This document shows positions 17,906-28,656 of a stretch of DNA of 64,000 bases, in pieces. Both the position numbers and the translations under genes were made by a program. The number at the start of each line of letters is the position of its first letter. Position 1 is the stretch's first letter. Source of the stretch: a virus; IMG/VR virus record IMGVR_UViG_3300023198_001252, positions 6,320-70,319 of that record; one strand, given 5' to 3'. Below the pieces are notes generated by a model that saw only the letters and a list, made by a program, of their open reading frames with translations, did no database searches and was not told the origin of the DNA.

Positions 17906-18665
17906 TACTAGTTTCCTCCTTATAGAAATTTTTTATAATTTCTATATTATTATTATTGTTACTTATTTTACAATCTGTCTCATCTGTTATATTTTTTAAT
18001 ACTTCTATGAAACAAAAAAAATCATCTTTTAATTTTATCTGGTGCTGATTAAAAAAATCTTTATCAAAAGTTTCCCAATCAAAACTAAATTTATTTTTAT
18101 TAAATCCTTTTTTTATAGTATTTTTTACCTCCCTCATTAATCGCTTAACTATTTTACTTTTTTTCATTTTCCATTCATTACCATTGAGATTAAGATGGTT
18201 ATTATATATTATATCTATAATTTCATTAGCTAATACAAACTTTAATTCATTTATGATACTATCAAATTCTTGTCCAGGATCATCAGAAGTTTCTAATTTA
18301 AAAGTTTCTAAAAAGGTATATTCTAAATCACTACATACAGTTTTAATCTCTTCAAAGGCCTCTCTTGATTGATCAAACACTTTTCTAACTTTTTTATCTC
18401 CATTATCTTCTTTTAATGTTTCTACTCCCCCAAAATGCACCTCTAATTCGGCAACACTTATATGTATCATTTCAATACCATCTGCTCTTTTTTGCTTTCC
18501 TATATCCACTGTTTTCTTATCCTTATTCCATGTTAATCTAATACCTCTTATTAATAAGAAACCTATCAGTAGCAACACACCTAATAATAATAAGAAAACT
18601 AGAAAAAATATTATAAAACTATAAAAAGAAGGATTTTTAATAAATGTTTCAATTATTCTTAACAT
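17895..18665 (-). CDS. membrane-anchored helical protein
   Basis: N-terminal TM segment, charged helical remainder; no H-box or ATPase motif seen. Confidence 0.65.
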   Translation of the reverse strand: MLRIIETFIKNPSFYSFIIFFLVFLLLLGVLLLIGFLLIRGIRLTWNKDKKTVDIGKQKRADGIEMIHISVAELEVHFGGVETLKEDNGDKKVRKVFDQSREAFEEIKTVCSDLEYTFLETFKLETSDDPGQEFDSIINELKFVLANEIIDIIYNNHLNLNGNEWKMKKSKIVKRLMREVKNTIKKGFNKNKFSFDWETFDKDFFNQHQIKLKDDFFCFIEVLKNITDETDCKISNNNNNIEIIKNFYKEETSNEK

Positions 18666-18676
18666 GCTATTACCTT

Positions 18677-19201
18677 TTAATACCCATTTAATTTTGGGTC
18701 AATAGAAAGTGGAGGAAAAATAGAAGTGTTTTCTGGATAAATATCTGAAATGCTTATAGTTGAAAGATCTATTGTTCTATGTTTTGTACCTATATCCTGT
18801 ATCCACTGAAGTAAAACATTATCCTCAGCTATATTTAGAGTAGTTGCAGTAATTAAACCTCTAGCAACACCTTTTGTTTCCCCAAAATCTCGTATCTGTA
18901 ATGGAATTGCATAATCCGATATTTTTTGAGAAGCTATTTTATATATTAATTTCTTTTTTTCATAGTCTTCTTTTTCTGTTGTGCTTGCCCATTTTACGAT
19001 AAAGTATTTTCCGCTTACAGGGATTTTTGCATAATAAACATCTTCTATTGTAGCTTTAATACTATCGAATATAGGCCAATCAGTTAAATCTACTTCCTCA
19101 TATATAGCTGTATTTGCATTTTCATAACATCGAGATCCCATACTGATTACTTTATGTTTATTGGTTTCATACTCATCTTTTTCTATTAATGCTTTTCTCA
19201 A
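18677..19201 (-). CDS. hypothetical protein (possible tail accessory)
   Basis: Position after the tail fibre gene. Confidence 0.55.
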   Translation of the reverse strand: MRKALIEKDEYETNKHKVISMGSRCYENANTAIYEEVDLTDWPIFDSIKATIEDVYYAKIPVSGKYFIVKWASTTEKEDYEKKKLIYKIASQKISDYAIPLQIRDFGETKGVARGLITATTLNIAEDNVLLQWIQDIGTKHRTIDLSTISISDIYPENTSIFPPLSIDPKLNGY

Positions 19202-19215
19202 AATAAACTCCTTAA

Positions 19216-20811
19216 TTATACGTGAAATATTAATCTAATTTTGTAATAAAAATCTTCACTATCTAATTGTCTAATATTGTTAGACTGTGAATCATCTACA
19301 ATACCTATACCACCTGTACCTGTTTCTGTTTTCACTTCATTAATACTAATACTATGGAAACTCATTCCTAACGAACCTGCATATACTGTTGGTGCAAATA
19401 ATGAAACTACTGTCCTTAGTGTATTATCAGTACCATCCTCACTAATATAGAATTTATATGTTAAATAAGCTAATGAAATTCCCATATTATGTAAAATATT
19501 GGAGTCAAGATTTTTTGTAGACCCAGAAGGCTCATTAACATCACTAGTCGCACCACTTATATCTCCTTCAAGATATAAATTATTAGTAAACACACCACCA
19601 CCTTGTACTTCTCGTAATTTCAAAGTCGTACCGTCATCACTAATTATCACACCATATTTTCCAGTAGCTATAGTTCGTGGTACATCAGAATATTCCCTTA
19701 CTATTTCACCTGTTGTATATGTTCCTGTAAGGTTATCATAATCAATTTCTACATGCCCTAAATCCTTATTAGTGTAAGCACTCCTATTAATATAACCATA
19801 ATCATTTGAAAGTGTACATCCTAGTATTTTCCATTCCGTACCATTAAAATATATTTCCAATATATCATTATTTGCAAATAATGATAAGTTTGTATAACCA
19901 TCAATAGTACCAGTTATTTCTACTTTACCGCTAGCTGTTATTTTTTTAAATTTTAATTTCTTACCTTTTACAACTGCACCACCTGTTGGAAGTGTTACTG
20001 AATAATCACCGTTAGTACCATCTAATTCTATAACATTATAATCCTCATAATTATTAAGTGAATAAGTACCAGTTAAAGTTAAAATATTTAATTGTGGTTC
20101 CATATAGCCTAGACTTTCAACAAAATAAATTTGACTACTGCCATTAGTAATAAATTTTGCTATTGCTTTACTATCATTATTATAATAACCTAATCTAGTA
20201 GAATCAAAGGCTGGTGTAGTAGTAGAGGTGGAGTAAATACCTTCATAACTATTAGTTCCATTAAAGTCATCACAGTATAAATAATATGTAGTTGATGCTG
20301 ATAGCGAAGGTGTTTCTACTACTTGATTATCTTCTATCATAATTTTTTCACGGAAATAGAAATAGCTGCGTGCTTCTATAAAAATTTGTGTTGTGTTATT
20401 TGATAATTTAATACCATCACTTTTAACAACTTCTCTAAGTACATCATGATATACCACTTTTTCTTTATCCTGACTTTCAGCATATTTCCAATAACTGACT
20501 TGATAAGAATTTCCAGCTTGTGCAGAATTAAATTCCAACATGTGCGGTGAGGGGTGTGTTAGATTTAAAGCCTGTTCTACAATTCTAAATTCACCTGTTG
20601 CTGGGGAAACCCCCTCTACCTTTGTCAATCCTGAAATTGTAGGTAGTTTTGCAGGATCTCCCAAAAAAGGAATATATTTTAAACGGTAAACATATCTACT
20701 CCCTTTAAAATTTGTAACTGTTGATACTATAATATCTTCATTAATTACTTGTGTAGTATCAATACTATTATCAAAATCTACATCTATATTAATATGTTCT
20801 GGCATTATCAA
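19216..20811 (-). CDS. tail fibre / receptor-binding protein
   Basis: G/T/S-rich beta composition; VTLPTGGAVVKGKKLKFKK fibre-type motif; position. Confidence 0.65.
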   Translation of the reverse strand: MIMPEHINIDVDFDNSIDTTQVINEDIIVSTVTNFKGSRYVYRLKYIPFLGDPAKLPTISGLTKVEGVSPATGEFRIVEQALNLTHPSPHMLEFNSAQAGNSYQVSYWKYAESQDKEKVVYHDVLREVVKSDGIKLSNNTTQIFIEARSYFYFREKIMIEDNQVVETPSLSASTTYYLYCDDFNGTNSYEGIYSTSTTTPAFDSTRLGYYNNDSKAIAKFITNGSSQIYFVESLGYMEPQLNILTLTGTYSLNNYEDYNVIELDGTNGDYSVTLPTGGAVVKGKKLKFKKITASGKVEITGTIDGYTNLSLFANNDILEIYFNGTEWKILGCTLSNDYGYINRSAYTNKDLGHVEIDYDNLTGTYTTGEIVREYSDVPRTIATGKYGVIISDDGTTLKLREVQGGGVFTNNLYLEGDISGATSDVNEPSGSTKNLDSNILHNMGISLAYLTYKFYISEDGTDNTLRTVVSLFAPTVYAGSLGMSFHSISINEVKTETGTGGIGIVDDSQSNNIRQLDSEDFYYKIRLIFHV

Positions 20812-20817
20812 ACTCCT

Positions 20818-22512
20818 TTATATTCTATCTATATTTTCTAATATTCTTATTTTTCTATCTCTTTCAAACATTTCAAAACTTTCTTCATCTATAAGATCTC
20901 CCATTTTAACATCAGCTTTAATTTTATCTGGTTGAAATTGCACCATAATACTACTAACTTGATCTGTATGTTTAGATCTGTTATAGCATAAAATATTTAT
21001 TTCATCTAATATGATGTCAGTACCAACAACATTAAATACAATATATCTAAATTCTTGTACTGCTGTTAAATTTAATTTATAAAAATCAAAAACTCCTGTA
21101 CTACGTAAAGATATTGTTTGAAATTCACTAGTTAAAGGTGTAGGATTATCAGACAAAGCTACTTGTATTTGTTGATCTATAGCACCACTAATAAAAAATC
21201 CTATCTGTTCTTGTTTATACCATTTTGTACAATCTTTTAAATCATAGTAACCATCATTAGTAGAATTTAAAACTATTGCATCATTTTGATACCTTCCAGT
21301 ACCTATTGTAGCATTTGTCCAACTTGTTAGATTGCTAGTAATATCTAAATCTAATAATGTTAATTTATCTTTATCTTCTACTGTTATTGTTTCTCCCACA
21401 CTCAAAGTATAATTAATAATATCGTAATCTCTTAAAGTTATTGTTTTTCTAACTTTAGCTTCTTTTTCAGTTAGTCGACCATAAGCCCAATCTAATACTG
21501 CTGTGTCTGTAGGTAATACTTCCGGTGCTGTTAACTTGCCTTGTATTTTACGGAATTTTTTCCTTAATTCTAAAACAGGGTAACTTCCCCCGGTTCCTAC
21601 ATTAGCGATAAATTCTGTTTGGGTAACATCCTCACCACTAATAATTACTGTTCTTTTTGCATAAACTGCTGCTTCTGTCATTTTAATTTTTCTATAAGTT
21701 TCTTTAACTTTTATATCCCCATATCTAGGATTTTCACCTAAATATAATATTTGTGAAGGTGTTGTTGTTTGAGATTCTTCAATAAAAAAGTCATTATCAG
21801 TATCAACACCCCAATATTTATTAAATCCCCGATTCACCATTTCATTTACGATTGCATATACAGATTCTGCTTGATAATCTACAGTAACAGGATCAAGAAC
21901 ATCCTCAAAATCTACTTTTGTATTGTCCCAATTCACACCAGTTTCACTTGCTGTTGCTGTAATAACTGTTTCCATTATATCACGTGGATCTTCTAATGTG
22001 AAAGAACCTGTATATAATATTTCTTTTGTTCTTTTTGAGTAAGGTGCAATTATTCCTATAGGTGCACTGATATCTACAACATTTTCAAAAAATCCTCTAT
22101 AGAACATAGAACCACCTATAAATACTCTTATTTCATCCTCAACCTCTATAGGGAAATTAAGAAAAGCAAGTTTTAAAGTTCCTGCACCACTGCCATTTTT
22201 TGTAACCTCTATTTTTAAATTCATTGCTGCTGTAATAGAGTCTTGATTATAGTACCATGTTTCTTTTAGGCCTCCATCCCTTCCATATATTTGGAAAAAT
22301 GTTTGTAAAAATGGAGTTATAATAGTAGACTCTAATACAATCCCTGTTCTATAATTGTGAGCACCAATAAATGATCCACCAACAAATTGTGGGCGTAAAT
22401 CAGGATAGAAAAAGGTAGTTGCATTAACACTAACATAATTCCTAAATTGATGGGAACCTATAAAACTGCCACCTACATATTGATTACGAAAGGTGTTATT
22501 AATAAAAGACAT
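20818..22512 (-). CDS. baseplate hub / tail tip protein
   Basis: Between distal tail protein and fibre; duplicated N-terminal motif QYVGGSFIGSH / QFVGGSFIGAH. Confidence 0.55.
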   Translation of the reverse strand: MSFINNTFRNQYVGGSFIGSHQFRNYVSVNATTFFYPDLRPQFVGGSFIGAHNYRTGIVLESTIITPFLQTFFQIYGRDGGLKETWYYNQDSITAAMNLKIEVTKNGSGAGTLKLAFLNFPIEVEDEIRVFIGGSMFYRGFFENVVDISAPIGIIAPYSKRTKEILYTGSFTLEDPRDIMETVITATASETGVNWDNTKVDFEDVLDPVTVDYQAESVYAIVNEMVNRGFNKYWGVDTDNDFFIEESQTTTPSQILYLGENPRYGDIKVKETYRKIKMTEAAVYAKRTVIISGEDVTQTEFIANVGTGGSYPVLELRKKFRKIQGKLTAPEVLPTDTAVLDWAYGRLTEKEAKVRKTITLRDYDIINYTLSVGETITVEDKDKLTLLDLDITSNLTSWTNATIGTGRYQNDAIVLNSTNDGYYDLKDCTKWYKQEQIGFFISGAIDQQIQVALSDNPTPLTSEFQTISLRSTGVFDFYKLNLTAVQEFRYIVFNVVGTDIILDEINILCYNRSKHTDQVSSIMVQFQPDKIKADVKMGDLIDEESFEMFERDRKIRILENIDRI

Positions 22513-23306
22513 TATGTATACCTTTCATTATAAGTAATATTTCCTGTTCCTGGTGCAGCACTTATAATTTTAACTATATTATCACCAGGAGATAAATTAA
22601 AAGGACTACCTACTACATCAAGATTGGTTCTTAATACACCATTAATATATATTGTTAGATCTGCTAAATCCACTTGTAAAATCATAGTATTTGCAAATGT
22701 GTAATTAATTTTTACTGCCCTATTCTCAAAAGTTTTTATTATGAATTGACTTGCACCACTTCCAAAAGTAAAATCAACAACAAAAGGAATAAACTCACCA
22801 TTATTTGTAATAGCTACTTCCTCTGTAGTACTAACTTTTGCATAAGCTTCAATTACTTCTGTAGTATTTACAAAGAAAGGTTTTTCACTTAGAATTATAA
22901 AACTAACATCACTACTTATTTGATAATAATCATATTTTTCATTACCATCTATATCTAGTATAACTTCTCTTTTAGTCAATCTATCATCCTCTTTTCTATA
23001 AAGAAATAATTGATCTTCTGTATATATCCAATCTTGAAAAAATGCACGTCTTTGTGTATCAAAAGTATTATCTGTACTACTAATAAATTTAATTGTCCCT
23101 TTTATATCTTGCTCTTCTCTGAAAGTTGATTGTATAATTTTTTGACCATTTCCAATTAATTTTTTAAATTCATGTTTTCTACGTGCTTTTCCTAATCCTA
23201 TTTGACGGAATTTAGCATCTATAAGTAATGAATTTGTAGAATTATATAGTTCATTACCATCAGTATCTATATCTTTTTGTTTTTTTAAATAGAATGTTTC
23301 TGCCAT
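22512..23306 (-). CDS. distal tail protein (Dit-like)
   Basis: Directly after the tape measure; C-terminal FNLSPGDNIVKI...ITYNERY. Confidence 0.7.
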   Translation of the reverse strand: MAETFYLKKQKDIDTDGNELYNSTNSLLIDAKFRQIGLGKARRKHEFKKLIGNGQKIIQSTFREEQDIKGTIKFISSTDNTFDTQRRAFFQDWIYTEDQLFLYRKEDDRLTKREVILDIDGNEKYDYYQISSDVSFIILSEKPFFVNTTEVIEAYAKVSTTEEVAITNNGEFIPFVVDFTFGSGASQFIIKTFENRAVKINYTFANTMILQVDLADLTIYINGVLRTNLDVVGSPFNLSPGDNIVKIISAAPGTGNITYNERYT

Positions 23307-26300
23307 TACTGTACTCCTATTCTATTTTCTGAAAATCTTCTATTTGTAATAGTTCTTTGTTCTACCAATTCGCCATCAAGATATATATTAGCAACAGTTA
23401 TAAAATCCCTATTATCAACATCATCAGCTACACCACTATTAATGCCTTTTAATATTTTATTAGTGTTTTCATTTGTAACAACATTTGCACCCCTACCTAA
23501 TGTTACAAGTTCCGGTCCTTCCTCACCGACTACTGCCATACCCCCACCGAAATCAGATACACCACCAGCAAATCCTGGAGCTTGAGAAGCAACTATTGCG
23601 GTTTGTGCAATAGCCATACCTAGAATTGTAGCACTCATAACAGCAGCTACAATTGCCCCTGCCGGCATACCTAATGCCATTGATCCTGCCCATGCACCCA
23701 TTGTAGCAATCCCTGCTGCGATCCAAATTTGTGCTATTGCAAGAGCCTTTTCTTCATTAAATTGTTTAATTTGTAATGCTCTTTTTTCTGCTGCTGCTTT
23801 ATCCTCTATAGCTCTAATTTGTGATTCTTTTGCTTTTAGTTGCGCTTCCTCTTTTTGTGCTGCTGCTAAATCTATTTTAGCTTTTTCAATTGCTTCTTTT
23901 GATTGTGTTTTTTTACTTTCATCAGCAGACATTAATTCTAATTCTTTTTTTGCTAAAGCTCTTTCAATATCAGCATCAGTTAATCCTACCAAATGACTTG
24001 CATATTCTTCTAATGCTAATAAACGCTCTTCATCTATTATTGTCTGTGCCTCTGTCATATTTTCTTGAGCATCTACTAATGCTTGTTGTGCTATTTGTAC
24101 TTTTGTGTTTTCTGTTTCTTTTAATTTTTCTATTTCTTCTACTCTTCTTTCTTCTATTGCGGAAATATTATTATCATTTTCTTTTTGTACTGCTGAAAAT
24201 ACTGTATTTATTAATGTCCCAGCAGCTTGTAGTCCGGCTGTTATCCCACCCATTATTTTTTCACCTGTTGTAGAAGCTTTATTAGCTAAAACATCAAAAA
24301 CATTTGACATAACATCAAATGTTTGTTTTGCTGCATCTCCCATTATTCCAGGTATTTTTCCAAAAGCCTCATCAAATTCAGTTACAAAAGAGTTAGCTGC
24401 AATTCTCGCCATTGTACTAAGTGTATTAAAATTATCTTGAATAGTTGCAAGAGCATCACTTTGTTTCCCTACAATATCATCAAATTGTGCTTGAGTAATT
24501 TCCCCAATTGCTAATTGATATTCAAGATAAGATTGTAATCCGTTATCTTGAAATTGTTTATCTGCATCTTGTTTCAATTGTGAAAATTCTGCAAATGTTT
24601 CAAAATCCTTTTTATCTAATTGTTCTTTTATTATTAGAAATTCCTGTAATGCTTTTTGCATTTCATTATTAGTAGCAACTCCAAATTTAACTTTTTCACT
24701 CATTATTTTATCTTCTATAATAGAAGTTGCTTTTGTTTTATTTGCCCCATTTCTTAATAGGATATTTAGTTCTTCCTGTCCTGCTTTTTCTATTTCAATT
24801 GCTGTTTTTCCAAATTCTTTATTTATTTCATCATTTGTTTTTTGAATAATAGCAAGTTTCTCGCCTTCAAAAAAAGAAGTAACTTGATTTTTACGCATTT
24901 CAAAATCTTTATGGTTTTTAAATAATTTAGTAACTGTTTCTAATTCCTCTTTCTCTCTTATATTTAATAATTCCAATTCTGTTTTATTTTGTTCTTGCAA
25001 TCGCTTTGTAATATCATCTATAAAAGAAGCTCTGTCTTCTAATAATTTTTTATAAGCTTTTTGATTTTCATTTTGTTGGAATGCCAATTTAATTTGTTTT
25101 TCATTTTCTTTTGTTAGTTTAGATTCTTGTTTTTTTTGTTCTTCTGCTGCTTTTAATAGTGCGTTTCTTTGTTCCATTATAATAGCATATAAACCTTCTT
25201 GTTTTGTAGCTATTAATAATAAATCTTTTTCAGCTATAGATCCATCAATTAATGCTTGAGCTATTTCACGTGCACTTTTTAGAACTCCACCAGTAGATTC
25301 ATCTATTTTATCTTGTATATTTTTTCTTTTAGTTTCTAATTTATGTATTTTATCAGAGGTTTGTTGAATATTAAAAACTTCATTTGCTATTCCATTGTTT
25401 ACAATAAGACCACGATTCCCATTTTCATTTATTTTAATTAAAATAGCATTCCATTTTACTAATTCATTTTCTATATCTGCTACTTTACTTTTCTGCTTGA
25501 CTAATAAAGAATTTCCGAATATGTTTGTATCATTGATTTTTCCATAAGCCTTAGATATTTCCTGTATACTTTCTTTTATTTTTAATGATAACTGTCTTTG
25601 CCTTATAATTAATAATGATTTCTCAGTAGCTTCTAATGATTCTGCCTCAGTATTTAATTGTGCTGTAACTTTCTTATATTCACTAGAAGCCTTTGTTAAT
25701 TGTTCAGTACTTTTTGCTAAATCTTTATTTATTTTATTTAAGTCATTGGTACTAATTATATAAGCTGCTGTTAAAGTTATCAATGCAGTTATTGCAATTA
25801 TAATTAATAAAAATGGATTAGCTGCCATAGTTACTGTTAAACTTATAACTGCTGCTTGTATAGATGCAAATGCTGCTGTAGCTGCTGCTCCTGCTGCTGC
25901 AAGTCCACCCATAGCAAAAATTGCAATCCCTATAGCTACTGCAATTCCACCTATTAATAATATTAATTTTGCCCCACTATCATCCTCAATAAATCCTCTA
26001 AAAGATTCGCTTAATGATTCAATAACCTTTGCAGCATCTTCCAATATTGGGATAAATACATTACCAAAAGCTATAGCTGTTTTATTTAATGAATTCTGCA
26101 TAGCTGCAAAAGTTAATTTTTGTTTTTCAAATGCTTCATCAGTTGATCCTGCTGTATTTGTAATACTATCAAGTATATTTTCAAAGTCTTTAGCACCCTC
26201 ACCTGTTAATGTTAATGCACCTTGCAATGCTCTTACATTAGGAAATAATTCTGCAATGGCATCTTTTGAGGCACCTGTACTTTCTTTTAGTCTTTCAAAA

Positions 26301-27343
26301 GCCTCTTCCATTAATAAAGTTTCTTCCTGACTATTTTTTGCTTCTTTTTGTATTTGTATCATCTCATTTTGAAAACCTTCTAATTCTTTTTTAGATAATC
26401 CGGTTACTTGTATAATAGCATCAACGGCATTTTTCAATCCACCTAATTGTTTTACCGCTTGTGATCCAGATTCAAATCCTAATTTTTTTAATGCTGCAAT
26501 CATTGATTGAGAAGGTTTTAAAAATGCTGTCATTGTAGCATTTATTCTGGTTGCTGCATTTGCTGCGTTTATTCCCTGTTTAGTAAATACAGCCATTGCT
26601 GCGCCTAATTCTTCAATAGAAACATCTAAGTTTGCAGCTAAAGGAATTACAGTACCTAATGTGGAAGCTAATTGTTCACCAGTTATTTTACCTAATTTTA
26701 TTGTTTGAAAAAATACATCACTTACATGTGTAACCTCAGAGGTAGCAAAACCATAAGCATTTAAAGTTGTTGTTAATACATCTACGGCTGTTTCAGTATC
26801 GGTTAAAGCAGCCTTAGCAAATTTAGCTGCTTCCCCTACAAACTTAACCGCCTCAGCAGGGGCAATACTAGCAGACAAAGCTTGATATAAGCCTTTTGTT
26901 AATTCTGTAGCACTACCTAATCTATTATCTAATTGTAATAATTCTTTTTGCATTTTATCTGTATTTACAATTGCGGTATCTACTAATGTAGTAACATTAG
27001 CAAAAACAGAATTAAATTCTGCTGCTGATTTGATAGAATCTACAAATGCTGCTTTTAAAGCTCTTAAGGCTAAATTAAAAGCTTGCATAGTTATATTAGC
27101 TTTTAGAAAAGAAGTAAACATACTTTCATTAGCAGATTTTAATTTTTTACTTGATGCAGCGGTTTTATCTTCTTCTTTTCCAACAGCCTCTAATGATTTG
27201 TCTAAATTTTTTAATGAGCTACTTACTTTAGCAATTTCAGGAGGTAGAGAAGCAAGAGCTATTTTAATACTATTTAAACTTTTTGTAATTGCATCAACAT
27301 CTTTAGATCCTTGTACTCCAAGTGTTAAAACTTGTTCAGCCAT
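23306..27343 (-). CDS. tape measure protein
   Basis: 1345 aa, Ala-rich helical repeats, TP901-type core, TM segment, C-terminal FAGG...VGEEGPELV. Confidence 0.9.
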   Translation of the reverse strand: MAEQVLTLGVQGSKDVDAITKSLNSIKIALASLPPEIAKVSSSLKNLDKSLEAVGKEEDKTAASSKKLKSANESMFTSFLKANITMQAFNLALRALKAAFVDSIKSAAEFNSVFANVTTLVDTAIVNTDKMQKELLQLDNRLGSATELTKGLYQALSASIAPAEAVKFVGEAAKFAKAALTDTETAVDVLTTTLNAYGFATSEVTHVSDVFFQTIKLGKITGEQLASTLGTVIPLAANLDVSIEELGAAMAVFTKQGINAANAATRINATMTAFLKPSQSMIAALKKLGFESGSQAVKQLGGLKNAVDAIIQVTGLSKKELEGFQNEMIQIQKEAKNSQEETLLMEEAFERLKESTGASKDAIAELFPNVRALQGALTLTGEGAKDFENILDSITNTAGSTDEAFEKQKLTFAAMQNSLNKTAIAFGNVFIPILEDAAKVIESLSESFRGFIEDDSGAKLILLIGGIAVAIGIAIFAMGGLAAAGAAATAAFASIQAAVISLTVTMAANPFLLIIIAITALITLTAAYIISTNDLNKINKDLAKSTEQLTKASSEYKKVTAQLNTEAESLEATEKSLLIIRQRQLSLKIKESIQEISKAYGKINDTNIFGNSLLVKQKSKVADIENELVKWNAILIKINENGNRGLIVNNGIANEVFNIQQTSDKIHKLETKRKNIQDKIDESTGGVLKSAREIAQALIDGSIAEKDLLLIATKQEGLYAIIMEQRNALLKAAEEQKKQESKLTKENEKQIKLAFQQNENQKAYKKLLEDRASFIDDITKRLQEQNKTELELLNIREKEELETVTKLFKNHKDFEMRKNQVTSFFEGEKLAIIQKTNDEINKEFGKTAIEIEKAGQEELNILLRNGANKTKATSIIEDKIMSEKVKFGVATNNEMQKALQEFLIIKEQLDKKDFETFAEFSQLKQDADKQFQDNGLQSYLEYQLAIGEITQAQFDDIVGKQSDALATIQDNFNTLSTMARIAANSFVTEFDEAFGKIPGIMGDAAKQTFDVMSNVFDVLANKASTTGEKIMGGITAGLQAAGTLINTVFSAVQKENDNNISAIEERRVEEIEKLKETENTKVQIAQQALVDAQENMTEAQTIIDEERLLALEEYASHLVGLTDADIERALAKKELELMSADESKKTQSKEAIEKAKIDLAAAQKEEAQLKAKESQIRAIEDKAAAEKRALQIKQFNEEKALAIAQIWIAAGIATMGAWAGSMALGMPAGAIVAAVMSATILGMAIAQTAIVASQAPGFAGGVSDFGGGMAVVGEEGPELVTLGRGANVVTNENTNKILKGINSGVADDVDNRDFITVANIYLDGELVEQRTITNRRFSENRIGVQ

Positions 27344-27359
27344 TACCTACCTCCTTTTT

Positions 27360-27720
27360 TTATTTCTTGTTATTTTTACGTTCTATTTCTCTATTTAATT
27401 TTGCAGTTGCTTTATTTTCTTTATCTGTTAAGTAATGAGCGTATAGATTATCAAACATTTCTATAATTCTTATAGTTTTTTTGTTGTGCTCATACCAGCC
27501 TTTACTATAAGGCAATAAACCTTTATCATGATAAAACCACCAGACTTGTTTCCATTTGTGAAAATAATCAATATTAAAAACAGGTATATACTTTTTTTTA
27601 AAACTGTTTGCAAATATTCCTTTTACACCTACAATATAGATATTATTTTTAGAAAATTGATTTATTTCAATACCGAACGCTCCCTCCAACCATAAAAGGA
27701 GTGCGGTTTTTAGTTTTTTT
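27360..27720 (-). CDS. tail assembly chaperone -1 frameshift extension (lambda T-like)
   Basis: The -1 frame after A-AAA-AAC reads KLKTALLLWLEGAFGIE into the 27360 ORF. Confidence 0.7.
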
Positions 27721-28180
27721 CTTCTTCCTCACTGACCTCATCTTGTGAGTTCATAAGTGCTTGTATCTCTGTAACAATAGTTGAAGCTTTTTTATCTTTT
27801 AATGTCCATAATTCTAAAGGATCTGTTATTTCTTTAGTAACACCTTCTTTATCCCTAAAATAAATATTTTCAATTGTTTTTATTTTTTTAGCAAAATTGA
27901 TCCTGGTAAAGTGTGTTGAGTATTTACCTGTCCATTCTTCTTCGCTCATTTTATTTCTTTGACCGGTTGCAGCATAAGCCTCTTTTGTAATTTCATTAGA
28001 TTCTTTAGCAGATAAAGGCTCAATAGATACACGCATTTGTTTTTCTACTGGTCTTTTTTTGTTATCATAACATTCTAAAGTGTAAATTGTAGGCTCATCA
28101 TTAATATCAAAAATGTAACTGTTTAATCCTTCAATATCCACATCTTTATTTTGCGGTTTGTTCTCTTTGTTTTCTTTCAT
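27710..28180 (-). CDS. tail assembly chaperone (lambda G-like)
   Basis: Position; ends GAA AAA AAC TAA (slippery heptamer). Confidence 0.75.
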   Translation of the reverse strand: MKENKENKPQNKDVDIEGLNSYIFDINDEPTIYTLECYDNKKRPVEKQMRVSIEPLSAKESNEITKEAYAATGQRNKMSEEEWTGKYSTHFTRINFAKKIKTIENIYFRDKEGVTKEITDPLELWTLKDKKASTIVTEIQALMNSQDEVSEEEEKN

Positions 28181-28583
28181 TTAGGCCTCTTGAAATATTT
28201 AATTGAAGTCCTTGCATACGCATGACTATTTTATTTAATTCTTTTGTAAACTTACTTATAGGAAGTAGATCTTTTATGTTATATTGTTCTATTAAAGTAT
28301 TGTCTAATTTATTTTTCTTTGTAATGATTCTTAAGTTTCTATAATTACTACAAAGTAATTGATTCTCTTTAACGCTTAAATTATATAATGATATTGGGAT
28401 TATATGATCAACAACAAAATTACATGAATTATAATCCCACCATATAAAGTCTTTAGGTGCGGTTAACATTAGATGGGATTGGAGTTTGTCCCTTGTACAC
28501 CCTACCCATTTTAAAGTCTTATAACTTTTTCTTATACCTCTATACCTTGTTAGTTTATATATCCTTGCTCTAAGGTTATTCAT
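28146..28583 (-). CDS. degenerate HNH-type endonuclease
   Basis: VVDHIIPIS...YRNLRII motif. Confidence 0.55.
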   Translation of the reverse strand: MNNLRARIYKLTRYRGIRKSYKTLKWVGCTRDKLQSHLMLTAPKDFIWWDYNSCNFVVDHIIPISLYNLSVKENQLLCSNYRNLRIITKKNKLDNTLIEQYNIKDLLPISKFTKELNKIVMRMQGLQLNISRGLNERKQREQTAK

Positions 28584-28656
28584 TATTTTAAATAGTGGAT
28601 CTGTTTCTCTTTTATTCTTAGCCCATTTGTTTATAATAGGCCTTCTTTTTGTTTTC

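Noticed and set aside
17239-19201. Endolysin or histidine kinase in the lysis region
   Set aside because: No amidase, muramidase or peptidase motifs and no H-box/HATPase motifs in the 174-aa or 256-aa proteins
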